The notes: generated by a model not told the origin, from the letters alone. A DNA stretch of 64,000 nt from Negaprion brevirostris (GCA_030324005.1 JARDVH010000137.1:31931888-31995887); one strand, 5' to 3'; shown: positions 26,100 through 37,479, counted from the first letter of the stretch. Numbers and translations: made by a program.

Positions 26100-27920
26100 A
26101 GCAAATAGGTGTGTGTTCCACTTGGCAGGATATGATTCAAGATGTCCATCAGGATCTGTACTGGACCACTTTTCATGATATAAATAACTTGGATGAACAA
26201 CTATAGAACGTCGTTCATTTGCTCATGACACTGAATTAGGTGACACAGTAAATTATGTGGGTGGGAGGAGAAAGTATCAAAGGCATATCAATACATCAAG
26301 TAGGCAACACTGCAGCAGCTTAGAGTTTTATGCCCACTCTTTAGATTCAAAGAAGACCCAAATTGTAATGGTTTATCATAGGGTGATGTATGCGATGTAA
26401 AAATGAAGTGCTTACTGTAACACAAGACTGTAACACTGGCAATTCAATTATGATATTCAGAGCTTGATTGCAAAAGGTAAGAGTACAAAACCATACTTTG
26501 CATCCCACACTCCTTTGAGAGGCTAAGTGTTTTGTAAGTCGTACAAAGCTAGGAATTGTGGAGAAGGATTTAGGAGCCCTGGTACAGAAATTGCTGGTGA
26601 ACAAGTACAAGGAAATAATAGAAGTGTCTGGAGGAATGCTGTCCTTTACTCAGACTGGAATAAAACAGGTAGGTGTTATTGTTCAGTTATATAAAGCTCT
26701 GGTTAGGTTGCTCCACGGTACCTGTTCGGTTTGGGCACTATACCTCAGGAAATATATATTGATATTGTAGGGGGTACAATTTAGACAGAATAATTGAAAG
26801 GTTAGATTATGAGGTCCAGTTACAGTTAAGGTTTACTTTGCTTAACTATTGAAGATCAAAGGGCAATGTAATTGAGGAGTTTAAGACAATTAAAGGATTT
26901 GATAGGGTAGACAAGGAGAATCAATCTCATTTGGTGGAGTCTAGAATAAGTGAACCATCTTACCATGCTATTCAGATTGACATAGTAAGAAGTTTCACAA
27001 CACCAGGTTAAAGTCCAACAGTTTTATTTGGAATCATGAGCTTTCAGAGCACAACTCCTTCCTCAGGTGAGACGTCAGGGAGCACCTCTTCACTCAAAGC
27101 ATAGTGGAAATCTGGAATTCTTTGTCCCAAAAGGATGTGGAGATAGTTAAGTCAAGATCTATCTGAATGGTGGAACGAGCCTGTGGGGTTAAATAGCTTA
27201 CTTCTGTTTCTATGTTCTTAGGTTTCTAATATCAGTAGGCATTATTTTCCTGTGTTTTGAGTGTAGTCATCTATAATAGCCCCTCCTGCACTCTACTGAC
27301 AGTGCTTACCTGATATGTGTTTTCCCACAGTTCCCGCCTCCCTAAACCACTCAAGCAGACTATTGTGCCTGATTGAATGATTTTTCACTGGATCCCTTTT
27401 AACCTCAGCTCCAATTTTATCTTTTATGCCCTCAGCTTTTTGTTTCCCTTGCTTTGCATGCAGCAGTACTCAAGAAATTAATCCTTAATTCTTGCAGATT
27501 CCAGGTCATACGAACACACAAACATACAAATTAGGAGCTTGAATGGACCATTCGGCCCCTCGAGCCTGCTCCATCACTTAATAAGGTCTTGGTTGATTCG
27601 ATTCAGGCCTCAACTCTAATTTCCTGTCTACCACTATTTACCTTTGACTCCCTTGTCAATCAAGAATCTGTCNNNNNNNNNNACCTATTGCTCTCCCCTG
27701 TAAAGGGAAACATCCTCTCAGCATCCACACTATCAATTCCCCTCAGGATCTTTGAGTGTTTCAATAAGAGCACTACTTATGAGCTTCAATGGGTATCAGC
27801 CTAACTTTTCCTCATCAGATAATCACTTATCCCAGGAATCAAGTGAACTTTCTCTGAACTGCTTCTAAGGCACTTATATCCTTTCTTAAATAAGGAGACC
27901 AAAAATATACACACTACTTG
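26100..27920. mobile_element. Decayed CR1 fragments with an embedded Penelope end (26985-27070)
   Basis: CR1 tail motifs, plus agtaagaagtttcacaacaccaggttaaagtccaacag...gaatcatgagctttcagagc...tcaggtga. Confidence 0.6.
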
Positions 27921-27921
27921 A

Positions 27922-28637
27922 GAGCCAGAATTTTATACTCCCCGCTGGTGGATATTTAGGGTGGGAGTGAGTGGGAAATTGCAGGGACGGGATTCCCTCT
28001 GGATTCCTGCCCACTCCAACCTCGCAACGAATTTACACTGGAGCATTCAAGGCTTCAATTGAGAAGCCCATCCTTGCCCCAAATGAGGCCCTTAAGCAGC
28101 CATTAATTGGCCACTTAAAGGCTGTTTCCTGTCCAGCCTCAATTTTTCTCAATTTGCTGGAAGATGGACCTTCTTGTGGGGGAAGCCAAAAGTAACAAAG
28201 TTGCATTTCAGGTGAGAAAGCAGAGGACCATGCCTCCATCAGAAGCCCCCTTCTGAAATTGGGTGCCTTCCCTTTTACGGTCCATCTCCCATCCTGGCCT
28301 TTTCCCCAGGATTCCAGCAACCCCATTGTGGCTCTCCAGACCTTTCCCTCGCAGGATGCCATGAACCTACCTGAGCCTCCCTTTCCTGAACTTGGTCCCT
28401 AAAGTCCTTGAACTTCCTCTTCTGTCCACTGCAGCACTGCTGTTGAAGAGACTTGAAAGCTGCCAGCCAATCAGATCTCTAATGTGTGTCTTCCTCCTAA
28501 GTGGTGGTCAGAAGCCCCACTCGCAGCCACTCAACACTCATTGGAGTGTAAAATGGCTGTGGGGCACCCAGAACCATGGGGCATTGCATTCCCACCAACT
28601 GTTTGGATAGCCCCCGCCGTCTGAAAAATTCAGGCCC
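27922..28637. mobile_element. Non-autonomous DNA transposon (Harbinger-type TIRs) inserted in CR1
   Basis: Termini gagccagaatttt...aaaaattcaggccc; CR1 text continues across it. Confidence 0.55.
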
Positions 28638-29167
28638 AAATGTGATCTCACCAATGTCCTGTACAACTGTAGCAAAACGTTCCTACTTTTATATTCCATT
28701 CTCCTCGGGATAACAAGAACCTTTGATTTACATTCCTAATCACGGCAATTCTGGGCTGATTGGCAACTTGTCGATGTCAACTTACATTGACTGCTTGGCT
28801 TGAGACACGATAGAATTGAGAAGTGGGTGAGGCCCTCATGTTTTGATCTACAGTGAGTCAAAGGTTATGGGGAAAAGGCTACAATCAGATCTGCTGTTAT
28901 TGAATTACGGAGTAAACTCGAGGGGTAAAATGGATGTTATTGCATTGAACTCAGATTTACATAGAACAAACACATATAAAAAATAGAAGATCATCCTCTC
29001 TCTATAAAACAAGGGGTCCCTAATATTTCCGAGGACCCCACTTTATCAAAGTTCTATCTTCTGTCCAACAACAGTCTTCATTTAACCACTTTTCCAAATA
29101 ACTTTGGAAAAATGCTACATTTTTAATTGACTGTGAACACATTACCCAATGTCCTTCATGAGAGGGG

Positions 29168-29529
29168 CTACTTGATCCTTGACCATATGGTCGCCAAGAA
29201 TGGTGGGCATTTAAGGGTGCTGTTCAGCGAGTCACATGATGTGGAAATAGTGTCCTGGCAGGTGACCTGCACACAGAATGTATTGGTTGTGGTTTTGAAA
29301 GTGTTTGTCATGTCAAATTTGATGCCACACTCCTCACTCATTATTGAGCTGGTGAGCTCTGGGGTCTTGTGTACACCTTGAACTGACGTAGCCGTGGCTG
29401 AACTCAGTTCATAACTGGTGGACGAGTTGACTTTTTCCTTGTTGGTGTCTAAGAACACAAAGGCTTTGTCCAGCCGCTCTCCATTCCTGCAGCGCAAGTA
29501 AGAAGGCCAACAGTATTCGTTCTCTCTGG
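29168..29529 (-). CDS. Uncharacterised secreted Cys-rich (CUB-like) protein, last coding exon
   Basis: Minus-strand acceptor ccatcttccttatcttattccaacag|CC. Open for 362 nt to TAG: (A)RENEYCWPSYLRCRNGERLDKAF...EECGIKFDMTNTFKTTTNTFCVQVTC...CPPFLATIWSRIK*. Phase matches the donor at 36441. Non-repetitive sequence. Confidence 0.8.
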
Positions 29530-29579
29530 CTGTTGGAATAAGATAAGGAAGATGGTTAGAATGATTTCATTTGAACTTT

Positions 29580-29850
29580 AATTGGAGGTGTTGTCTTTCT
29601 GATAAGACATTAAACCAAGGGACAGTCCATCGCCTCAAGTGGCTGTAAAAGATGCTGTGATGTTATTCACAGAAGTGAAGGGGACTTCTTACTGATGCCC
29701 AGGCCAATATTCATCCCTCAACTAATGTCACTTAAAGGAGATTATCTATTCCAGTTCATATTGCTGTTTTTGGGAGCTTGCTGCATGCAAGTTAATGTTG
29801 GTCTTTCCTACATAATGGTAGTGACTACATTTCCAAAAGTAATTTGGGAG
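29580..29850 (+). mobile_element. Deu-domain SINE remnant
   Basis: ggaggtgttgtctttctgataagacattaaaccaagg...caagtggctgtaaaagatg...ggccaatattcatccctca. Confidence 0.65.
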
Positions 29851-31522
29851 AGTATTAAAATCTACAAGTGTAGATTTTGGACTGCCATCTTTCAACCCCT
29901 ACCTGGTACTTGTCACTTGTTCCACAGGTGTTCATGAACAACATAGTATGCAATCAGGAATAAAAACATCAACATTGATTTTGTTGTATTTACAGTGGTT
30001 ATATGTTGTAATCCCTACAATCATGATGCCCCTTGAAGAGTATACAAGGTATATTTTCATGGAGTGAAGAGCTGGATTATTGTCGGTGTTACTAATTGAC
30101 CTGGATCTCTGGGAACTGGGTTTTGGAATTCTTTATCGTACCTGGAATCTGTTTGACTGCAATCTGGTCTTCCCTGGCACTATGGAGTGGGTAAGTATGA
30201 AGGTTCATTGACTGGATTTTCCCCTTTCTGGCAGTGTATCTGTAGGGCTTCTGCCCATTACTTGGTATGGATGGTGGGTGCTGGGAACTTTCTCACCATC
30301 AGGAGGGAGAACATCATTACCAACATGGACAATCCAGTGAGAACAGCACTGCAACATCAGAAGGCACAAAGAGGTCTNNNNNNNNNNNNNNNNNNNNNNN
30401 NNNNNNNNNNNNNNNNNNNNNNNNNNNNNNNNNNNNNNNNNNNNNNNNNNNNNNNNNNNNNNNNNNNNNNNNNNNNNNNNNNNNNNNNNNNNNNNNNNNN
30501 NNNNNNNNNNNNNNNNNNNNNNNNNNNNNNNNNNNNNNNNNNNNNNNNNNNNNNNNNNNNNNNNNNNNNNNNNNNNNNNNNNNNNNNNNNNNNNNNNNNN
30601 NNNNNNNNNNNNNCGGTTTGTGTGTGTGTGTGCCTGTATTGAACAGGATGGGTGGTATCTCGACTATGTATGTTATAGATCTCACTCAAGACTTTTGACA
30701 TTCTTTCTCATCTAAATTTATCATTGTAACTTTTATTCCTTGTCCAACTTTCTCTTAAATACATCTATAGTATGCTTCAACCATTCCCTATAGTTGTGAG
30801 TTCCACATTCTTATAAATCTGACAGTAAAGAACTTTCCTGCGTCCCCTGTTGGGTGTCTTGTTAAGTATCTTATATTAATGTTACTTTTAGATTTTACCT
30901 GTAAACCCCCAAATGTCTGACTCTCTGTCTTTCTCTCTGCCGATTATTTGTTTCTCGCTCTCTCCGAAGTCTTGCTTCATGGGCTTCCCCTGTAGCAAAG
31001 CATGAGTCAGCTACTGAAGGTCAGAAAAGATAGAAAATAAAAGGAGCGCTTCTTTTCCTCTTCTCTGAACTCCCTCTCACCAAACTCCACATTTGCAATC
31101 TAATGCAGCCCAAAAGAGCATCCCAGTGCAGACTTCTTGAAGTTTAATGCTATGCTCTTCGCAGTTAACAAATCTTGCAAGTGTTGTGTCATATGCAAAT
31201 TTTGAAATTGTGCCCTGTACATCCAAGTCGAGGTCATTAGTATGTGTCATGAAAAGCAGACCCCTGACTCCAATTCCTAGGTAATCCCACTATAAACCTT
31301 TCCTTAGTCCAAAATGTCACCTTCACTGTTGCGTTTACAGTCACTCAGACAATTTTGTATTATTTTGTCTTTAATTTCATGAGCTCTAACTTTACTGACA
31401 AACCTGCTGCATGGCATTTTATTAAATGTCTTTTGGTAGTCTATGTACATTATTTCAACCACATCACCCTGTTAAATATTCTGTTACCTCATCAAAAAAC
31501 TTAAGCAGGTTAGTTAAACATG

Positions 31523-31710
31523 GGTGACTGTGGACTCTGCACATTCTCCCTGTGTCTGCATAGGTTTCCTCCCACAGTCCAAAGATGTGCAGGTTAGGTT
31601 GCTTGACATGCTAAATTAACCCTAGTGTCAGCGGGATTAGCAGGGTAAATAAGGGAATCAGACCTGGGTGAGATTGTGGTCGGGGCAACTTGATGGGCCT
31701 CCTTCTGTAC
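31523..31710 (+). mobile_element. HE1/V-SINE-type SINE, 5'-truncated
   Basis: gcacattctccctgtgtctgc...tcctcccacagtccaaagatgtgcaggttagg. Confidence 0.8.
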
Positions 31711-31965
31711 TGTCTGCGAGCGATGGGGGAAAGAGAGAAAGAAAGAGTGCCTGTGAGCGATGGGGGAAGGAGGGTGCCTGCGAGCGATGGGGGAAGGAGG
31801 GTGTCTGCGAGCGATGGTGGGGAAAGAGAGAAAGAGTGTCTGCGAGCAATGGTGGGGAAAGAGAGAAAGAGTGTCTGCGAGCAATGATGGGGAAAGAGAG
31901 AAAGAGTGTCTGCGAGCGATGGTGGGGAAAGAGAGAAAGAGTGTCTGCGAGCGATGGGGGAAAGA
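31710..31965. repeat. Minisatellite, ~28-35 bp unit gtgtctgcgagcgatggtggggaaagagagaaaga, about 8 copies
   Basis: Directly visible tandem units. Confidence 0.92.
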
Positions 31966-32599
31966 GGAGGTGGGGAGGAAGAGTGTAAATCTTCACTGGT
32001 AGTTGCAATTGCTTGGTATGATCCTAACTGTTTGCCACATCTCCATTTTGGTAGAATCAGCAACTACTGACAACTTAATTTGCATTCCAATATCCAAGTC
32101 ATCTGTGAAATAAATTATCAATAAAAAGCATCGGTGACTCTTGGAAAACCCCACCCAGTCTGAAAGATAATCCATGACCCTGACTCACTGAGCAGGGTTT
32201 TCCAGCCATGCTTGCTGCAAGGCTGGAAATTCCCGCTCAAGTCAACAGACTTTTGCGTGATCCGACCCCACCTGCTACAGTCCCGTGGCAGGCGGGACAG
32301 GAAAACGCCACCCACCATTTTCTGCTCTCTTAACTTTTTTAATTCAAGCTCCAATCTCATGAGCTGCATGCGATGATCAGCCTTTGTGGGTATTTTGTCA
32401 CATGTTTCCTTATAGTCCATATCCACTGCATTATCGTCAATACCCTCTGTTATTTTATCAAATAATTAGATTAGTCAAGCACAATGCTTGTTAAAAAATC
32501 CATGCTGGTTTATCTCAGTCACTTTGAACTTCTCAAAGTGCCTGTTAACATTTTCCCCTGACTATTGTATCAAAAACCTTATTCAAAACTGACTGGCCT

Positions 32600-32900
32600 G
32601 TAGTCACTGGAAACTAACCACCACCCGCGGACATGCACAAAAGTCATAGTCGATAGGGTAGTCCTCCTGTATGGTTGTGGAACCTATGTAACCTATCGTC
32701 GATATATGAGAAAACTCGCCTTGTACCATCAGAATAGATGAATTGCCATACAAACAATGGGTCTTCAAGGAAGCAAGCGTCCAGAGTACTGTGATGACCA
32801 GCTCACCCAACAACTGTAGTGGACAGGCTATTGCATCAGAACATTGAATCCATACCTTCTGAGAGCACCCAGTTCTCTATTGCTTGAAACTGGTCAAGAT
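32600..32900 (+). mobile_element. RTE-like LINE remnant
   Basis: Translates VLLYGCGTYVTYRRYMRKLALYHQ, resembling the RTE LLYGCETW..YRRH...L..FHQ motif. Confidence 0.5.
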
Positions 32901-33049
32901 CAGAGGAAAGCAAAAAAAGATTGGATTTGACCTCAACAGCTGGGAAGAGAGCTCAGTGGACCACCTATGGTGGCAAATCCGGCCTTCACCAAGGTGGGTG
33001 TGGTTTTGCATCAGAGCGGATATCACAAACTAAACATGGAAACGTTCAA

Positions 33050-34760
33050 AGTAGGATTAAGCCTGAACCACCATTCAACATCATAGCTGATTTGCTATCC
33101 CAAAGCCATACTCTTGCTTTCTCCCCATACTCCTTGAAGCCTTTAGTGTCTAGAAATCTATTTCTTAAATATATTCAGTGACTTGGCATCCACTGCCTTC
33201 TGCGGTAGAGAATTCCATTGGTTCGCCACCCCCTAGTGAAGAAGTTTTTCCTCATCTCAGTCCTAAATGGCTGACTTGTATCATGAGTCTGTGACCCCTT
33301 ATTTTGGATCCCCAGCCAGGGGAAACATCATTCCTACATTCAGTCAGTCCAGCCCTATCAGAATTTTATGTTTTAGTGAGATCCCCAGTCATTCTTCTAA
33401 ACTCCAGTGAATATAGTCCTAGTCAACCAATCACTCCTCATAACAACTCTGCCATCCTTGTAATCAGTCTGGTGAATCTTCACTCTCTATGGGAAGTACT
33501 CCTTTCTTAGGTAAGTAGACCAAAACTGCACACAATACTCAAGGTGCAGTGTCACCTAAGCCCAGTATAACTGCAGAAAGACTTCCTTGCTCCGGCACTC
33601 AAATCCACTTGCAATGAAGACCAACATACCATTTGCCTGCCTAACAGCTAGATGTACCTAGTTGCTTTCAGTGGTGTACAAGAACAGCCAGGTCCCTTTA
33701 TGTATCAATATTTCCCAATCACCATTTAAATAATACTCTGCCATTCAGCTTTTCCTACTGAAGTGGATAACTTTGCACTTACCCATGTTGTAAGGCATTT
33801 GCCACATACTTGTTCACCCACTCAGCTTTTCTAAATCATCTTGAAACTTCTTTACATTGTCCTCCCCGCTTGCATCCCATCAAATGTGTCATCGGAAATA
33901 ATACTTGTGATTTCCTCATCCAAAGCATTGCTGTACATTGTGAATAGCTAGGACCCAAACACTGATCCCTGCGATACCCCACTAATCATCACCTACCACT
34001 CTGAAAAGTACTCATTTATTCCTACTCTGTTTCCTATTTGTCAATCCATGCCAATAAATTATCTTTCATTTCACGTGCTTTAGCTTTAATTCTGCATACT
34101 AATCTCTTACGTGGGATTTTATCAAAATTATATGAAATTCCAAATACACCATGTCCACTAGTTCCCCCTTATCTATTATATTAATTAAATCCTCAAAAAA
34201 AAACAGGAGGTTTGTCAAACATAATTTCCCTAGGTTGACTTTGTCGAATCCCTTTGTTATTTTCTAAGTGTCCTGTTGTCACATCCTTTATTATTTTCAG
34301 ACTACCGATGTTAGGGTAACTGGCCAGTAATTCCGTGCCTTCGTCCTCCCTCCTTTTTTAAAAAGTGGGGTTACATTTATCAATCTGCTGGAACTGTTCC
34401 AGAATCTACAAAATTTTGGAAGATAATAACTAATGCATCCACTATTTCTAGAACCACTTCTTTTAGTGTCCTAGGATGTAGATCATCAGGACCTGCGGAT
34501 TTATTGGATATCAATCCTATTAATTTCACCAACACTTTTTTTTTGGCAATACTAATTTCTTTCAAGTTCTCCTTCTCACTGAACCATTGAAAACTTAGCA
34601 TTTCTGGAAGTTATTTGTGTTTTCCTCCATGAAGATGTAACTAAAGTAGTTTAATTGCTCTGCCATTTCTTTGTTCTCCATAATCAGTTCCCTTTCCTGA
34701 GCACTAAGGGATCTACATTTGTCTTCATTAATCTGTTTTTTTCTTAGAAGCTTTTACAGT
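33050..34760 (-). mobile_element. CR1 LINE, long decayed ORF2 fragment
   Basis: ORF KSAGPDDLHPRTLKEVVLEIVDALVIIFQNFVDSGTVPAD; 3' tail at 33050-33300. Confidence 0.85.
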
Positions 34761-35870
34761 CCACTTTTATGTTCCTGAAGACACAGGAGCAGAAAGCTCA
34801 AGAAGATGCATAACCTCTCATTGACTACAAAGCGACTAATGACTGTCTGCCAATGCAGATTTTAGATATTTTACCTTGCTTCCCCTTCACTAACTCCTTT
34901 ATCTTGCACTGTCTTCACCCCTACCTCTTACCACTTCCTTCACTCCACCTTTCTTTATTCCTCTCACGCCCCCTCTCCATTCTATGTCTTCACAGCAAGC
35001 ATCCTCCTTGCTCCAAGGTGTACCTGGATGCAATTACTGGGATGCCTTTTTTGAATAATAATATCACATTTGCCAAATTTCACTCCTCAGGCACCTGCCC
35101 CATACCTAGTGAAGATTCCAAAATTATGGAAACCCTGCTGTGACCCCCCACTGTCTTCATTTAGCAACCCAGTATAAGCCATCCAGACAGATGACTTATC
35201 CATTTTAAGCATAGCCAGAACATCCTATCTATTCATTCTCTCCTCTTCCATTACCTCTACTATCTCCACTTGTAACAATATTTTCTCAGCCTCTTCTTAG
35301 TAAACATTGATACAAAGGACTTACTAAGTATTTCAGCATTATCTTGTACCCCTAAAGATGACATTGCCTCAAACACACCCCACATCAAGCTCTACCTATT
35401 TATTATTTANNNNNNNNNNNNNNNNNNNNNNNNNNNNNNNNNNNNNNNNNNNNNNNNNNNNNNNNNNNNNNNNNNNNNNNNNNNNNNNNNNNNNNNTGGG
35501 CAGGATTTTAGTGCAGGCTTTAGGACTTTTTCTTCAGGATGAAATGCAGGTATTGAAAATGTGCTCGCCAAGGGGAAGGCTGTCTCGCTGATTTTAGTAG
35601 AGGTGGCTTCCTCATTGATTGTCTCTGGGCTTCCTGTCAAATTGCATGGGCAGAGTGCAGATCCTGTGGGTCAGTCAGAGCATCTCTGAAACCTCAAGAG
35701 GCAAGCGCTGAAGAGGCAGGCCAGTGAATAACGGAGCACCTCAAACATGGAGACACCTTTGGAAAGGTAAGCAAACATTTAAAACCACATGCCATCCTGA
35801 TGGCCCACTGTGAAAATCCTACCTCTGGGCTAGTGGCCCCATAGAGATTCACTGCAAAGCTATCACGTCT

Positions 35871-35978
35871 GTCCAATTCCCTGTTTCAATCCCCATAGTC
35901 CAATTCCCTGTCTCATTCCCCAATGTCCAATTCCCTGTCTCCATCCCCATAGACCAATTCCCTGTCTCCATCCGCATA
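35871..35978. repeat. 27-bp tandem repeat x4 (gtccaattccctgtctccatccccata)
   Basis: Four adjacent near-identical units. Confidence 0.9.
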
Positions 35979-36081
35979 GGCCTGCAGCTTTATGATCAGA
36001 TGCATACCCAAATTCTTCTTGAGATTATTCATCATCTCTGCTTTCACCACCCTTGTAGGCAGCGAGTTCAGAGCTTTGTAG

Positions 36082-36416
36082 CTGTGTTTGTCTGTGTGTG
36101 GGGCTGGGGGTGTGTGTGTGTGTTTGTGGGTGGGTGGCTGTGTGTCTGTGTGCGTGAATGTGACTGGCTGTGTGTGTGTCTTTGTGTCTTGGGATGTGTT
36201 AGTGTTTGTGTTTCTCTGGGGTTGTGTACGTGTTCATGTATGTGTCTGTTAGTGTATGTTTGGCTATGTGCATTCTTGTCTGTCACCCACAGGGGTGTGA
36301 TTTTGTATATGTGTATCTGTGTGTGTGTCTGTGTTTGTGTGCGTGTTTAATTGTGTCTGTGTGTGCATGTGTGTCGTATGTGCTGTGTGTGTCTTTGTAT
36401 GTGCTGTGTGTGTGTG
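36082..36416. repeat. Degenerate (GT)n/(CA)n microsatellite
   Basis: About 330 bp of interrupted GT dinucleotides. Confidence 0.92.
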
Positions 36417-36440
36417 GGGCTGTGCCCTTCCCCTGTTTAC

Positions 36441-36693
36441 CTGTCACTGAGTTATGCAAACGAACGGTCATTCTCTTCTGTTGTCGGAGGATCTTCATGT
36501 AAGTCAGCACAGTGCAGTTCAACATGCACTCGTTTGATGGAGGAAGCCGTTTAGGACCCTCCGATAATCTGCGTACTTCATTCTGGATAAGGCAGGGAGG
36601 CGATTCCAACGGTGCTACGCTGATGTCATGTGTACTGAAGCAAGTGGAAAGAAACCAGATACTGACTAACCCCCAAAGATAGGCCTGAGCCAT
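36441..36693 (-). CDS. Uncharacterised secreted Cys-rich (CUB-like) protein, first coding part of exon 2 (exon 36842-36441)
   Basis: Start in strong Kozak context (agaATGG). Signal-peptide-like MAQAYLWGLVSIWFLSTCFS. Donor ACAG|gtaaac after 84 codons +1 nt. Upstream acceptor cacctttgccag|G at 36842. Confidence 0.8.
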
Positions 36694-37267
36694 TCTTATG
36701 AAGTCTTGTAAACGTCACTGCGATTACACATCTGTCAAAGCTGCTATGAATTTGCGGCCTTGGAGGTGGAAAAACGTTTGAGCGATTTTTACAGCCCTCA
36801 TAGGGCTGACGCGGACAAAGTTGGCAGTATGTTTGGAATCTCCTGGCAAAGGTGATTCTGAGTAAACAGCAATATATCACCCTAGCTCATGGCCCATTTC
36901 ACAGATGTGAAAGCCATTTGACCTGATAGTGGAGCTTAACCCTTTCAGTAGCATAATCTCAATGCTAGAATTTAAACAAAATAACCTCGAACTTTCTCTG
37001 CCATTTAAGACAATTGTAGATAATCTATCCTTCGGCTCCATTTATCTGTCTTTTCACCAAAGTTCACCCCTAGAAATCTCTCAATTTAATTCCTTAAATA
37101 CTCAACTGACCTCCAGTGTCCTCAACCCTTGTAGGGATGGGAGGCTAGCTGCAGATTTCCACTATCCTTTGTGTGATTAAACCGCTTCTTGATTTCGCCG
37201 CTGCAACCAGTAACCCGCTGGTCTGCTGTTGAGAGCGGGTTAGTGCCATGCCTGGCAGTGCACTTAC

Positions 37268-37448
37268 CCCCAGGACACAAGGAGCTTTAACTTCATCTTT
37301 CCATTCTGTAACCTCGCTGTGTGTTCAACGGGGTGGAAGGTACAGCTGGAAACGACAGACTGGCTGCTTGTCTGCTCGCTCTCTCTCTCTCTCTCTCTCC
37401 CTTTGACTGATCAGCCCTGCCCAAAAATCCCCTGCCACAGAAAGCGCT
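37268..37448 (-). other. Predicted 5' leader exon of the minus-strand CUB-like gene (TSS approximate)
   Basis: Strong donor GGG|gtaagtg at 37268/37267. Begins about 25-30 nt downstream of a TATA box and contains a (GA)n tract. Confidence 0.6.
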
Positions 37449-37473
37449 GGGACACTCCTGCTGAATGCATCGA

Positions 37474-37479
37474 TTTATA
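37474..37479 (-). promoter_or_regulatory. TATA box
   Basis: gggaTATAAAtcg on the - strand, upstream of the leader exon, in unique sequence that visibly retains CpGs. Confidence 0.55.

Noticed and set aside
19201-29168. Functional coupling between XYLT2 and the convergent secreted protein (enzyme and proteoglycan substrate)
   Set aside because: The 204-aa protein has no Ser-Gly attachment dipeptide, and the stop codons are ~10 kb apart with transposons between. Adjacency alone is not evidence.
31594-32063. Repetitive ORFs in multiple frames, or a CRISPR-like array
   Set aside because: A head-to-tail minisatellite with no unique spacers, in a eukaryotic context. The same applies to 35871-35978 and 56071-56152.
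36283-36440. His/Thr-rich C-terminal extension of the 136-aa ORF
   Set aside because: This is read-through past the donor at 36441 into the CA microsatellite.
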